From the NCBI GenBank assembly GCA_964035545.1, contig OZ037769.1:13856633-13920632 (forward strand): a stretch of DNA of 64,000 nucleotides, given 5' to 3'. The stretch comes from Bugula neritina. Lineage: Eukaryota > Animalia > Bryozoa. Below the pieces are notes generated by a model. That model was not told where the DNA came from. It saw nothing but the letters and a program-made list of their open reading frames with translations, and ran no database searches. Each line of letters starts with the position of its first letter. Within the stretch, counting starts at the first letter, position 1. A program made the position numbers and the translations under genes. This document shows, piece by piece, positions 12,157 through 23,900 of this stretch.

Positions 12157-13874
12157 CCGTAAAATGGGGTAACTTTAGCCACTTGGGGTAACTTTGGCCA
12201 CTTTGGGAAAAATGTTTAAAATGTAGCTGGTGCTAAATCTATGGAGTCTAAAGATATTTTAATTGTATATATGCACTGACTGTAGATTGGTGCATCCTAT
12301 TCCTGAAAAATAATTGATATACTTATTTGCTGCTTCTTGCTGTCAGCCATTTTCAATTTCCTGTTTGACAACAAGATTTTCAGCGCTGTCCAACTTTAAT
12401 CTATTTGAAGGCATTAGAAAAGCTGGACTCATTTTCTTTTTTGTATTAAAGAACTTTGGTAAGTATTTAACCAGGATATTTGTAATTTAGGTAAATAAAT
12501 TGAAATCCAAAATTAAAATATGTGTCTTGAATTCACTGTGTACAATTTTTGACGAATTTGGGGTAACTTTGGCCATGACTAAATGGTACTCCAAAGTAGG
12601 TTTCTGGCAGCGCTGCGAATTTTCTGTTACTTCAGACACATAGTACATTACTCTCTAAAGGCACAATCATTTGATTTACCTATACCCAATGCTTTAGTTA
12701 TATATTTGAAACAACTTAGAGTTCGAAATATGAAATAATTACATGGGGAATTATGCATTTTTGTTCCCAGACAGCAATTTTGTGTTTAATGTTTTTTTTT
12801 ATATAAGAATTTGACCATGCATTGTAAAATGTATTTTTCAAGACAATTATACTCAGAAAATATTAAAGAAAAGTAACATCTCCAAGAAATGGTATATCTG
12901 AGGAGATCATTGGTTTTGCTTTATTCACAAGAATTGGCAGCTGGAAAGTCTTGACAAGAAGTGGCTAGAAATATGATATTACCAAAGGAACACTACAAAA
13001 CAGAGCCGCATGAAGACACAAGCTGAAGCCTGGACACCAAACTGTGTTATCACAAGTAGAGGAGGTAGCCATTGTTGACCATACCTACTACAAAGCTGGC
13101 TCAATGGGGCTTTCCATTAGATAAAACAGACTCTCGAATAATAGTCAAGACCTATTTTGACAAATGTGAGAGAAGAGTGCAACATTTCAAAAGCAACTAC
13201 CCTCAAGATCTCTGGAGTCTCAGTTTTATGTCAAGACATAAAGATAGCTTGTCTCACAGGTTGTGCCAAAACATAGCACCGGAATGGGCAACAGTTAATT
13301 CTGAAGACATTATGCATTATTTAAAAAATCTACAGGCAACTGCCACAGCCTATAGTTTGAAAGGGCATACTTGAATTTAAGATTAAATTCAATGGAATTT
13401 GAAGTTGTACAGTGATTTATTCAATGTTGCCAGCAAAATACATGATTTTTTATACATATACAAAAGTTTTTACACTTATTAACAATGTACCTCGAATAGC
13501 TGTGGTTTCAATGCAATAATTACACTATTATAGCTTACATTTTGTCTAAAATAATTTTTTTTTGTAGTAATGAAGTTGAATAATGTTGTTCTTTAATTTC
13601 TAACTGGCTAAAAAAGCTCCAAGTGCTGCTAACTTTAGCTACATGGAGAATAACGACACCGGCCAAAGTTACCCCGAAAATAGGGTAACTTTGGCCACCT
13701 ACTTTTTTTAATACCACAGGAGATCTAGCAGTCCCAAACTGCAAATGGTTCTTTCATTTAGTGCATATGTTGATAAGCTTCATTTAGCATCCAAAAATTT
13801 TAAAGAATATTGTAATCCTTTCATATGACACCCAAAATAAGTCTCAAAACGGCCAATGTTACCCCATTTTACGG
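12157..13874 (+). mobile_element. Decayed pogo/Tigger-like DNA transposon
   Basis: TIRs CCGTAAAATGGGGTAAC / GTTACCCCATTTTACGG flanked by TA; repeated GGGTAACTTTGGCCA subterminal motifs; remnant HTH/CENP-B-like transposase (WGFPL...F..RH..LS.R..QNI) at ~12900-13340; no DDE domain visible. Confidence 0.85.
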
Positions 13875-14037
13875 TAACACCAATCAATTATAAACACATG
13901 TTACTACTACGAGTCCCTGCTCTCAACAACACATGGTTTCTGCTGGCTAACCCGCGAACAGTCACTTGACAGGAAGCTTGCCTTCCGGTCCCTCTGGTTG
14001 GCTCGTAGCACATAGCTATAAGTATTCCCATACAGGA

Positions 14038-17000
14038 TGTTCGGTGTTCATGTAAACATTTATTTCTAATTTGTTATTTTATTATTTTACTATTTTTTGT
14101 CATAATCTTAATAATTAATTGTATCACTTATTGTAATAGTTTTAGTATTTTCGTGTATATATATTGTGGTAATAAATCACGGCTTCGGCCTCTTACGTTT
14201 ATCAACTAACTCGAGCACGTTCTGTCTTTTCACGATAGCTGAAATAATATCACAAATCAACATAAAACATGGTGCCCCGAGTCTAATTATTATTAATATT
14301 ACACTGAAATAACATGGAGCAATTACTAGCGCCAAAACCATTAGCAGATGGACCGAATTTACCTGAGGAATGGAAGATTTTTAAACGTGACTTCGAACTT
14401 TTTTTAACGGCCACATCGAAAGATACAGCCGAAGGCAAAGTGAAAACTGCATACCTACTTAGAACTATCGGTCGCCGAGGCAACCAAATATACGACTCTT
14501 TCAACTGGACTGACAACAATGACAAAACTGACTATGACAAAGTTGTGACGCAGTTTGATGACTACTGCAAACCAAGAATAAACTTAGTGGCTAAGACTCA
14601 CTCACTACTGACTTGTAAGCAAGGAAATAGAACTATTGACGAATTTTTGACTGAACTACATACCATTGCAGGACTATGTGACTTAAAAGACATGTACAAC
14701 CGACTGATACTACAGGCACTGATACTGGGAATTGAAAGTGACAAGATTAGAAAGAAACTGTTTGACTTGACTGACTTTGACAAAGCAATTGAACTCTGCA
14801 GACGAGAAGAAGCATCGGCTATTGACTACAAGACTATGACTAAGGATAACACATATGGACTCGAACAAGTGAACTTGGTAAAACATAGACCTCCGACTCA
14901 TCAATATCACTCTAATGACACTCGTAACACTGATAAACACAGAGGACAACTTTCACACACTCACTCTCAGCCCAACGTCAGAAAATCAGTTGGTGCTTCT
15001 AGGTGTGGAAACTGTGGAGGCAATCACCCACCTCGAGCATGCCCAGCATATGGGAAACAGTGCAATCATTGCAAGAAATTTAACCACTTTGCTGCATACT
15101 GCAGGTCACGCATGCATCATTATCGCGACTCAACCGAAACAGCCAATCAAGTCACCTGGAATTACTCTTCAGACAGTGACTCTCAACATGTAAGTACTAT
15201 CTCCACTACTGTACGAGATCGTAAATTATTAGCGATGCTCACTGCTAAGCAAGCAGATACTATTTATGACATTGAATTCCAACTTGACACTGGTGCATCA
15301 TGCAATACTTTGAATACGATCGACTACGACAAGCTAGGTAGACCGAAACTTACACCGACTGATACTGTACTAACTTTGTATGACCAGAGCAAGTGTGCAC
15401 CACTAGGGTGGACACGGATACAGATACTAAACAAGCAAGGATGTTACACTACATTAAAATTCCTAGTTGTGGAAACCACCCAACATAGCTTGCTGTCATG
15501 GAAATCATGTTTGCACCTGGATTTATTACAAATGCCCAGCACCAAAAGCGAGAATGTAAACTTTGCCACTACTGACCCAGACCTTCAGACTTTACTGACT
15601 AACTTTGATGACATATTTACCGGACTTGGAAAGTTTGAACAGGAATATAGGATAGAGCTAAGACCTGAAGCTGTACCAGTGCAAGTCCGACCGCGGAAGG
15701 TGCCCTTGTCGATGAAATCAGATCTCATCAAGACTATTCTTGAACTAGAACAACGTCAAATTATCGCTAAGGTAGAAGCACCTACAGACTGGATAAGCCA
15801 TCTACAACCAGTGCGCAAGCCTAATGGAAAGATACGCATCTGCATAGATCCGCAAAATCTCAATCAAGCAATTAAACGAAACCACGCTGTCATGCCAACA
15901 TTGGAAGATGTTTTGCCACAACTCAACGGTGCCAAGTTTTTCTCCTTGTGTGACGCCAAAGAAGGTTTCTATCAAATTCCCCTAGCTGAGGAATCTACAG
16001 ACTTGACAACTTTCTGGACTCCCATAGGAAAGTACAAGTACCTAAGGCTACCCTTTGGAATTGCATCAGCGCCGGAGGAGTTTCAGAGAAGGCTCACGGA
16101 AAATCTTGCTGGTCTTGATGGCATCACCATAGTTGCAGATGACATCCTAATTTTTGGAAGCACAAGGAAAGAGCATGATAGAAACCTTGAAGCGCTCTTC
16201 AAACGTGCTCGACAGACAGGACTGAGACTGAACAAGGAAAAATCCCGCTTCCTTCAGGACGAACTACCTTACATTGGACACATACTGACAACTAATGGAC
16301 TTAAACCAGATCCTAACAAAGTAAAAGCCATTCTTAAGATGAAACCTCCCTCATCTCCACAGGGAGTAAAACGATTCCTTGGTCACATCACATACATGTC
16401 AAAATTTATTAGCAACCTAGCATCGGAATCTGAACCATTACGACGTTTACTGACACAAGACAATGCTCAAGACTTTCACTGGACTGACGACCAAATGAAC
16501 GCTTTTAATAGACTGAAGACCTTACTAACTGACTCAGAAACTCTACAATACTTTGACTGCAACAAGCCAGTAACTATACAAACTGACGCTTCAAATGCTG
16601 GTGTGGGTGCAACACTCATGCAAGGAGGCAAGCCTGTAGCATATGCATCTCGCAGTTTAACAAAATCGGAACAGAACTATGTGCCACTAGAGCTTGAGTG
16701 CCTTGCCATAGTGTTTGGCACTGAACGCTTTGACCAGTATATCTTTGGTCACCATGCTGTCACTATCCAAACTGACCACAAACCCCTTGTATCTATTTTC
16801 AGGAAATCCATTCATAAGGCATCTCGGAGGTTGCAGGCTATGCTTCTTCACTTACAAAGATACCCCAACATTAAGGTAACTTGGCAAAAGGGTGCTGAAC
16901 AGATCACGGCTGACTTACTCTCAAGAGACTCATACTTTGACTCCCCCAACTATCAACAACTACCAGAACACATTTTTCACATTGACTCTCAAAATAATGA

Positions 17001-18537
17001 TGCTCCTGTTTGTGACGACTTAATTGACAACATTAGGACTGCTACTGCACAGGACAATGAACTTATGACACTGACAAACCTTATTAAACATGACTGGAAC
17101 ATTGCCAACTGCACAACTCACGACAAGTACAAACACTTTCAGGACGAACTATCTATTGACAATGGCATTGTTTACAAAGGACTACGAGCCATTATTCCAA
17201 AGACACTCCAGAGAAAGTTTCTCCAACTACTTCACACCGGCCATAATGGGATTAACTCCACACTAAGACGTGCCCGCCACACAGTGTTTTGGCTTGGCAT
17301 CACCAATGACATCAAAAACAATATTGCTAACTGTCGACAATGTCAACTGGATGCTCCCCGGCAACAGAAGGAAACACTTTTACTCCACACAGTTCCCCAA
17401 CAACCCTGGACCAAAGTAGGAATTGACTTGTTTGAATACAATCACACTCACTACATTACTATTGTTGACTATACGACTGACTACCTTGAATATGACCGAC
17501 TGGACAACCAAACAGCAGAGGCTGTTATCAACTCCATAAAGCGCTGTTTTGGACGCCTGGGAATACCCAGACAGGTTCACACTGACAACGGACCACAGTT
17601 TACCTCGCACCAGTTTTCCACTTTCAGCCAATCATGGAATTTCACACACACCACCAGCTCTCCATATCATCCTCAGTCCAATGGGAAGGCAGAGTCTGCT
17701 GTGAAGATAGCCAAACGTATACTCCGCAGATGTGAAGAGCCCGAACTTGCGTTACTGGAACATCTCAACACCACCAAAGAAGGCCTGACGGCCAGCCCAA
17801 TTCAGCAACTTATCGGAAGACCCACCAGGTCAGTACTCCCACAAGTTCGGCCAGAAACAGAGAACAACCAAGGTTGGTGGGAAAAGCAGGGCCGCAATGA
17901 AAAACTGCAGCAGAGATGCAATGACGGTGCAAGAGATTTGGCAGTGCTGAAAGAAGGGCAACCAGTTTTGGTTCGAGACTGGAGTCAGCACCGGAGAAAA
18001 TGGCAGGAGGCGCAAATTAACAAACAATTGAGTAGCAGAGCCTATGCCATACAACTTAACAACAACCTCTTTCGGAGAAACCGGCGAGACATCAGACCAC
18101 TCGTCACGGAGCCAGCGAGTCCTGAGACACCAAAGGATCCTAAACAAAACGCTAGTAGTACCCAGGTTGACACCACCGAGAGCGCCAATCATAGCGACAA
18201 TCTAAGACGTTCAACCAGAGAACGGAAGCCACCTAGTTGGATGGCAGACTATGTGCCCTCTTAAAACAATCATATCTAAATAGCTTTTTTCTATTCTGTG
18301 GGAGATGTTCGGTGTTCATGTAAACATTTATTTCTAATTTGTTATTTTATTATTTTACTATTTTTTGTCATAATCTTAATAATTAATTGTATCACTTATT
18401 GTAATAGTTTTAGTATTTTCGTGTATATATATTGTGGTAATAAATCACGGCTTCGGCCTCTTACGTTTATCAACTAACTCGAGCACGTTCTGTCTTTTCA
18501 CGATAGCTGAAATAATATCACAAATCAACATAAAACA
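14038..18537 (+). mobile_element. Intact Gypsy (Mag-like) LTR retrotransposon C
   Basis: 232-bp LTRs 14038-14269 and 18306-18537, identical by eye; TSD CAGGA; PBS TGGTGCCCCGAG (elongator tRNA-Met type); single ORF. Confidence 0.96.
14314..18264 (+). CDS. Gag-Pol polyprotein of element C
   Basis: 1316 aa uninterrupted: two Cys/His knuckles, FQLDTGA protease, IRICIDP/ADDILIF RT, QTDAS RNase H, HHCC and GIDLF/HTDNG/NGKAE integrase. Confidence 0.96.
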   Translation: MEQLLAPKPLADGPNLPEEWKIFKRDFELFLTATSKDTAEGKVKTAYLLRTIGRRGNQIYDSFNWTDNNDKTDYDKVVTQFDDYCKPRINLVAKTHSLLTCKQGNRTIDEFLTELHTIAGLCDLKDMYNRLILQALILGIESDKIRKKLFDLTDFDKAIELCRREEASAIDYKTMTKDNTYGLEQVNLVKHRPPTHQYHSNDTRNTDKHRGQLSHTHSQPNVRKSVGASRCGNCGGNHPPRACPAYGKQCNHCKKFNHFAAYCRSRMHHYRDSTETANQVTWNYSSDSDSQHVSTISTTVRDRKLLAMLTAKQADTIYDIEFQLDTGASCNTLNTIDYDKLGRPKLTPTDTVLTLYDQSKCAPLGWTRIQILNKQGCYTTLKFLVVETTQHSLLSWKSCLHLDLLQMPSTKSENVNFATTDPDLQTLLTNFDDIFTGLGKFEQEYRIELRPEAVPVQVRPRKVPLSMKSDLIKTILELEQRQIIAKVEAPTDWISHLQPVRKPNGKIRICIDPQNLNQAIKRNHAVMPTLEDVLPQLNGAKFFSLCDAKEGFYQIPLAEESTDLTTFWTPIGKYKYLRLPFGIASAPEEFQRRLTENLAGLDGITIVADDILIFGSTRKEHDRNLEALFKRARQTGLRLNKEKSRFLQDELPYIGHILTTNGLKPDPNKVKAILKMKPPSSPQGVKRFLGHITYMSKFISNLASESEPLRRLLTQDNAQDFHWTDDQMNAFNRLKTLLTDSETLQYFDCNKPVTIQTDASNAGVGATLMQGGKPVAYASRSLTKSEQNYVPLELECLAIVFGTERFDQYIFGHHAVTIQTDHKPLVSIFRKSIHKASRRLQAMLLHLQRYPNIKVTWQKGAEQITADLLSRDSYFDSPNYQQLPEHIFHIDSQNNDAPVCDDLIDNIRTATAQDNELMTLTNLIKHDWNIANCTTHDKYKHFQDELSIDNGIVYKGLRAIIPKTLQRKFLQLLHTGHNGINSTLRRARHTVFWLGITNDIKNNIANCRQCQLDAPRQQKETLLLHTVPQQPWTKVGIDLFEYNHTHYITIVDYTTDYLEYDRLDNQTAEAVINSIKRCFGRLGIPRQVHTDNGPQFTSHQFSTFSQSWNFTHTTSSPYHPQSNGKAESAVKIAKRILRRCEEPELALLEHLNTTKEGLTASPIQQLIGRPTRSVLPQVRPETENNQGWWEKQGRNEKLQQRCNDGARDLAVLKEGQPVLVRDWSQHRRKWQEAQINKQLSSRAYAIQLNNNLFRRNRRDIRPLVTEPASPETPKDPKQNASSTQVDTTESANHSDNLRRSTRERKPPSWMADYVPS

Positions 18538-18683
18538 CAGGAGGGGACGAACCCATTATTATACTACGTAATCCCATTACACTATTGCTTTGATGTAATA
18601 CTGAAAACTGAATTTCCTAGATGTTATATTGTTGTAATTTTGCGGGTTTAACGAAATAGACAAGTAGTCTGCATGCCAATACT

Positions 18684-18948
18684 TGTAATTGTTAAATAAA
18701 AGTCTTTGTAAAATGTTGATTCTAATAGTCTTTATTGATGTGTCCTCTGCGAGCTCCAGTGTTAGACTGATTTAATACAAAAATGCTCGCCCTTATATAC
18801 TGCCAGAAAAGTGCCTGCCACGTAGGGGTCCGAAGTCGGCCGAATTCGGAGTTCCGTCGCCCGAATTCGGGTGGGCTCTGCCCGAAATTCGGACAGACTC
18901 CACCCGAAATCGTGCCCTGGTTCCGAATTCGGCCGAATTCGGCTCACA
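18684..18948 (-). mobile_element. Solo LTR with palindromic CCGAATTCGG motifs
   Basis: TG...CA ends, 4-bp TSD TACT (18680-18683 / 18949-18952), minus-strand TATAA (~18795) and AATAAA (~18733). Confidence 0.7.
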
Positions 18949-19122
18949 TACTTATTTGTTTAATTTACACAGAAAAGTGGCAGGGGAAAATAACTCGAAA
19001 CAGTAACAGTAACAAAAACAAGTGTGCTTGATTTCCACAACACTATATTATTGAGTTACAAAGGTGTTTCAAGCACATGTTTTTAGTAACTTTATACATG
19101 CCACTATAATAATAATTCATAT

Positions 19123-21179
19123 TGTCGAACAAAAATTTAAAAATAATTAAAATAAAAATTAAAAATAAACTTTGCAATTTATAATTGATAACTGAATTAA
19201 ATAACTGAATTAAATAATTGAATCGGATTAAATTGAACCTCTGGTTTAGTCAGATTGGTCAGTTAAAATGAAGCGAAGTTACTTATTAGCTTTTAGTTTC
19301 AAAATTTCTATATAATTTGCAATTGATTAATCAAAAACAAGAGTTATCTTTGCTCGACAAATATTATGGTTTGGAAATCATGTAGTAATGTATATATGTG
19401 GTTCTATGTATATTGTGTAATGGTTAGCACTCAGGCTAATATTCTGTGAGACAAATTTGGGATTTGCTCCCTCAGAAGAATTGAAATTATAATATATATG
19501 TGTTGTATAATATGTATATCTATTTGATAATAATATTGAAGCAAGCAAATTACAATAATAAAATATTACAAGAAATTAGCCAAACCAAAACAAAGATTGT
19601 CCTAGCGACCCTTTGAAATCTTGCTGTGTTATACTAGCAACAGAAATAGCTAAGTTTGACAATTGGGATAGAAAGGCTTATACAAAATTGAATACACAAT
19701 GAGAATTGCAAGTAGAACATCAATATTAAAATATATGCTTTAACATAAACTCATACAGCCTTGAAATAAATTCTTCAATATAAATTAGTGCAGCTTTAGA
19801 ATTCAAATATTTTCTCAATCCAAATATTTTCTCAAGTATAAATTTGTGCAGCTTTAAAATTCAAATATTTTTTCAATGTAAATTTATGCAGCTTTAAAAT
19901 TCAAATATTTCTTCAATGTAAATTTGTGTAGACTAGAAACAAATTTCTCAATTCAAATATAAATTTATGCAGCTCTTTTTTTTTTAAATTCAAATACTTT
20001 CTCAATCCAAATATTTCTCAAATATAGATTTGTGTAGACTAGAGACAAATTTCTCAATTCAAATATTTCTCAAATATAAATCTGTGCAGCTTTGACATAA
20101 ATTTTCTCAATTCAAATGTTTCTCAAATAAATTTGTGCTGCTTCAGAATCAATAAATCAAATCAACAGATTTCTTAAAATAAATTTGTGCTGCTTCAGAA
20201 TCAATAAATCAAATCAACAATTTGTGCTGCTTCAGAATCAATAAATCAAATCAACAATTTGTGCTGCTTCAGAATCAATAAATCAAATCAATAATTTCTT
20301 AAAATAAATTTGTGCTGCTTCAGAATTAAAAGAACATTGATAAACTTGTTAGTTCAAATAGCGTAGTACAAGAAGTTAATACATAAACATATCCATAAAA
20401 AAAATTGTAATATTACTTACTGCAATCAATATGTGTATTGTCAGTCTCTTGAAATTTCCCTTAGCGTTAGCAATTACTATTATTACTGTTATTACTAATA
20501 AGTATATATTTTGTATTCCGATTATCTTTGTATACCAATTAATTAATTACTCGATTACATGATTTTCCAGAGACCCGGTGGCTCCTTTTATATCGGATCT
20601 TCTTGGCGGTGGTTCAGATTTCAAGGATACCGGCAACAACTGGTGAAAACTGGCCGACGAAAACTGGCGGCAGAAATTGACGCAGAATTCGGTCAGGTAT
20701 GTTGTTGTTTACAGCCAAGATGGGGATTGACGTAAGAGGATCTGCTGTTGTTGACTCATCTTTGTATTTTGTAGGCTATATCATCGTTAATTGTACCTCA
20801 GTCTATAATTTGAAGAATAATTTTTGACTATAATATGGTAAAATATATCAGCCAATGGTCACGTGTTGATCTCTATAATAGGCTATATTAATGTTAAATA
20901 ATTTATTAAGCATCTAAATTGTTGTATATCATCTATATGTTGGCATGAATAAATATTCACACATATACATGTATATCTCTATTTGTAAACAGCATCTATT
21001 ATATGTTTCAGCTTTTTACCTATTTCCATTTGTTCAGCAATTAGTGTTTTATTTCAAAAGTCAGTATCACAAATTTCAACACGTGATCATGGCATGTAGT
21101 ACTGTAATTACTTATCCAAAAAGCCACATACTACTAGATAATATTATTTGCATTGCCACAAAGCTATAAATTCATGTGC

Positions 21180-21218
<39 letters not shown>

Positions 21219-22140
21219 AATGTATTAATGCATTCTTTGTTTAGAGCAACTTCTGTGCAAAACCAAGATGTCTAACTCACTCAAAACTTGTACATTTAAA
21301 CATTAACTTTACTCAATTATTGAGCCTCATGTATCCTATTACTTGAATGTACTTATACTCTTTCTTGAATGTTGTAGATAAATTGTAGTCTACATACCGT
21401 GATGGAGCAGATATAATAATTTATAATTGCATCAACCTGCTACAGCAGCTATCTCACTGAAAGTCTCAAGCAAACGTCAGCATCGCCGAAGCCATATTTT
21501 AATAAGCTGGCAGAACATCTCAGATACACAACTTGTGAAGTACAGAAGTAAGAATTAACATAAGAGAACAGTATATGTATAATCATGCATCCTACCGAGA
21601 ATATAGTTTTTTAAGAATTTTCTGAGAACAATGGTAATATATATATATCAATACTTTTAGTTTAATCACTTATGACATAATTTATAGAAATTCTACTTCT
21701 AACATTATTGCAAAATGTTTCCCGCAATCCTTGCAAACTTGTAGAAATGAGGCTATCTAACATTTCTATTTTGTTTATATTAGCGAATAGTTTCAGTCTT
21801 TATATCGGTCACCATGAGGATACAATTGCTTTGACATTTCTATTCCCATCAATAAAATAAGCATTTTCTACGTAAGAGAGAAACTATGTCTATTTACCTG
21901 GTAGACTATTCTGCAAGGCCATGATAGAGTTTTGACTTTGCAAGTTATTCTGCAAGGCCATGATAGAATTTTGAATTTCCTCTCCACTACTTTTACTAAA
22001 ACTCTTAAGCTATACTCCTATATTCAAACCATTAGTTCTAATCATAACTACTATTAGCATATCATTCTGTAAAAACATTAAGTTGCTGTGCAGTATCTAC
22101 TCTGCAAAATATAAAGTACTGTGTAATCTCTGATCTGACA
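19123..22140 (-). repeat. 3' LTR of element D (~3018 bp)
   Basis: Near-identical to 28944-31964; the only difference I saw is a small indel/substitution in the first ~40 bp. Confidence 0.92.
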
Positions 22141-23534
22141 AATCCAGTATCTACTCTGCAATCAGAACGGCCTCGTTCTGAAATATCATACTTAGGCAAC
22201 ACTAACTGTAATACTTATAATAACTCAAGCTGTGTAACTTAAACTTGTAAGTGTTGGATAAAAATAAAGGTAAAACTAACAATAACTGATAAGTATTAGT
22301 ATAACATAAGGCTAAGACAAAAGTAAAAGTAAATCATAATCAATAACTGCAAAATTACAAATATTAATATATAACATAAGCAACATCTAGGTTTAAATCT
22401 AAGTCTAATGATAATATAATTATATGTAATTGTATAAATCTACTCACTCTCACATCTATATTGTCATCCTGTAAGTATATGATGAATGAATAATAAAAAT
22501 CGTACTCCTATTGATAAACTTTCCAATCATAGACTAAGGACCGAATGCTAGTAATCGTGCTAGTAACGTGGACAAGTCATTGTAAGCTCTTTAATAACAA
22601 TAATAGTGTTTTTTTTTTAACTAGTTCTAAGCAATAAATCTACTACACCAATCAGAGAGGGCCTTTGTATCGCAAAGGGAGACAACTGCATGTGCATTCG
22701 TAGTCCTAATATTGTGCGCAAGCATAATAATTATACTATTCAGTTCTCATTAGTGGTTATATTATATTGGTATACTAACGCCTGACGTTCGCATTCTAAC
22801 ATTGATGCTCTATCATTAATATTATAATGGATTAACAAGTTAAACCGATCTCAATTCTGAAAGCTTAAATTACTGAAATCCTAAAGAAAAGGTGAGCATA
22901 CTCTATTTATTGTTATTATTAAATTTCTGATTATCATGTAATGTGTTGTAATTTAATTTTAGTTTGGGCATAACTATCAAAATAGTAAAAGTTATTAGGT
23001 AACACTCGTACTCGTAGTCATATTCATATTCATTTTGATATTTAATTGCATTAATTTCAACAAGAAATAACCATATTGATATTGATATTCAGCTAGTTTT
23101 ACTTTAAAATTAATTGTAGTCAAACTTAATAAATCAATCATAGTCATAGTGTTATGCTCCTCGTAATAGTCATAGCGATTGTAGATATAAAATCAAATAA
23201 TAAATTGACAACTTGAACTTATTCATAACCAATAATCATATAGTTATATTGATTAACTTCAAGTGATAATTACTTTATGGCGATGGCAATAATGCCCGCA
23301 ATGCATTAAGTTATACTTATAAAGTTGTAGTTATCATAGATTATTAATATCAGTGCCATAGCATCAGCCTAGTGAGTAGTTTCGCTTGTTTACTGTATAA
23401 ATTTAATATGGTTTTAATCTCATCAAAATCTATTTAAGCAATAATTATCTTATAGTTATTAGTCGAGTAAAACTTAAAGTGAAGTAACATCAAAAATATC
23501 TTTCCCAATAGAATTATCAAGAGTTTATCTTAAC

Positions 23535-23900
23535 ATCATCTATCATCAAGAACATTGTCTTGGAATTAAAGAGACTGCAGTAAAATTAGAAATTAAAATA
23601 TTATATCACCAAGAACTCAGCTTGGAAATAATAATCATCAAGAACTCAGCTTGGAATTAGTAATCATCAAGAACTCAGCTTGAAATTAGTAATCATCAAT
23701 AATTTTATCATAAATTGAAAACACTGCAGCAAAATTAGAAACTCAAATATACCATCAAGAACTCAGTTTGGAAATAATAATAATCAATAATTTTATCATG
23801 AAATCGAAACACTGCAGTAAAATTAGAAATTCAAATATACCATCAAGAACTTAGCTTGGAAATAATAATCATCAAGAACTCAGCTTGGAAATAATAATCT
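23535..23900. repeat. Degenerate tandem repeat inside element D
   Basis: About 7 copies of CATCAAGAACTCAGCTTGGAAAT interleaved with ACTGCAGTAAAATTAGAAA units. Confidence 0.8.

Noticed and set aside
20125-20330. CRISPR-like repeat array
   Set aside because: Units are adjacent with no unique spacers, there are no cas genes, and the context is eukaryotic.
20945-21169. 74-aa ORF duplicated at 30769-30993
   Set aside because: Short AT-rich ORF, duplicated only because it lies in the LTR; no coding evidence.
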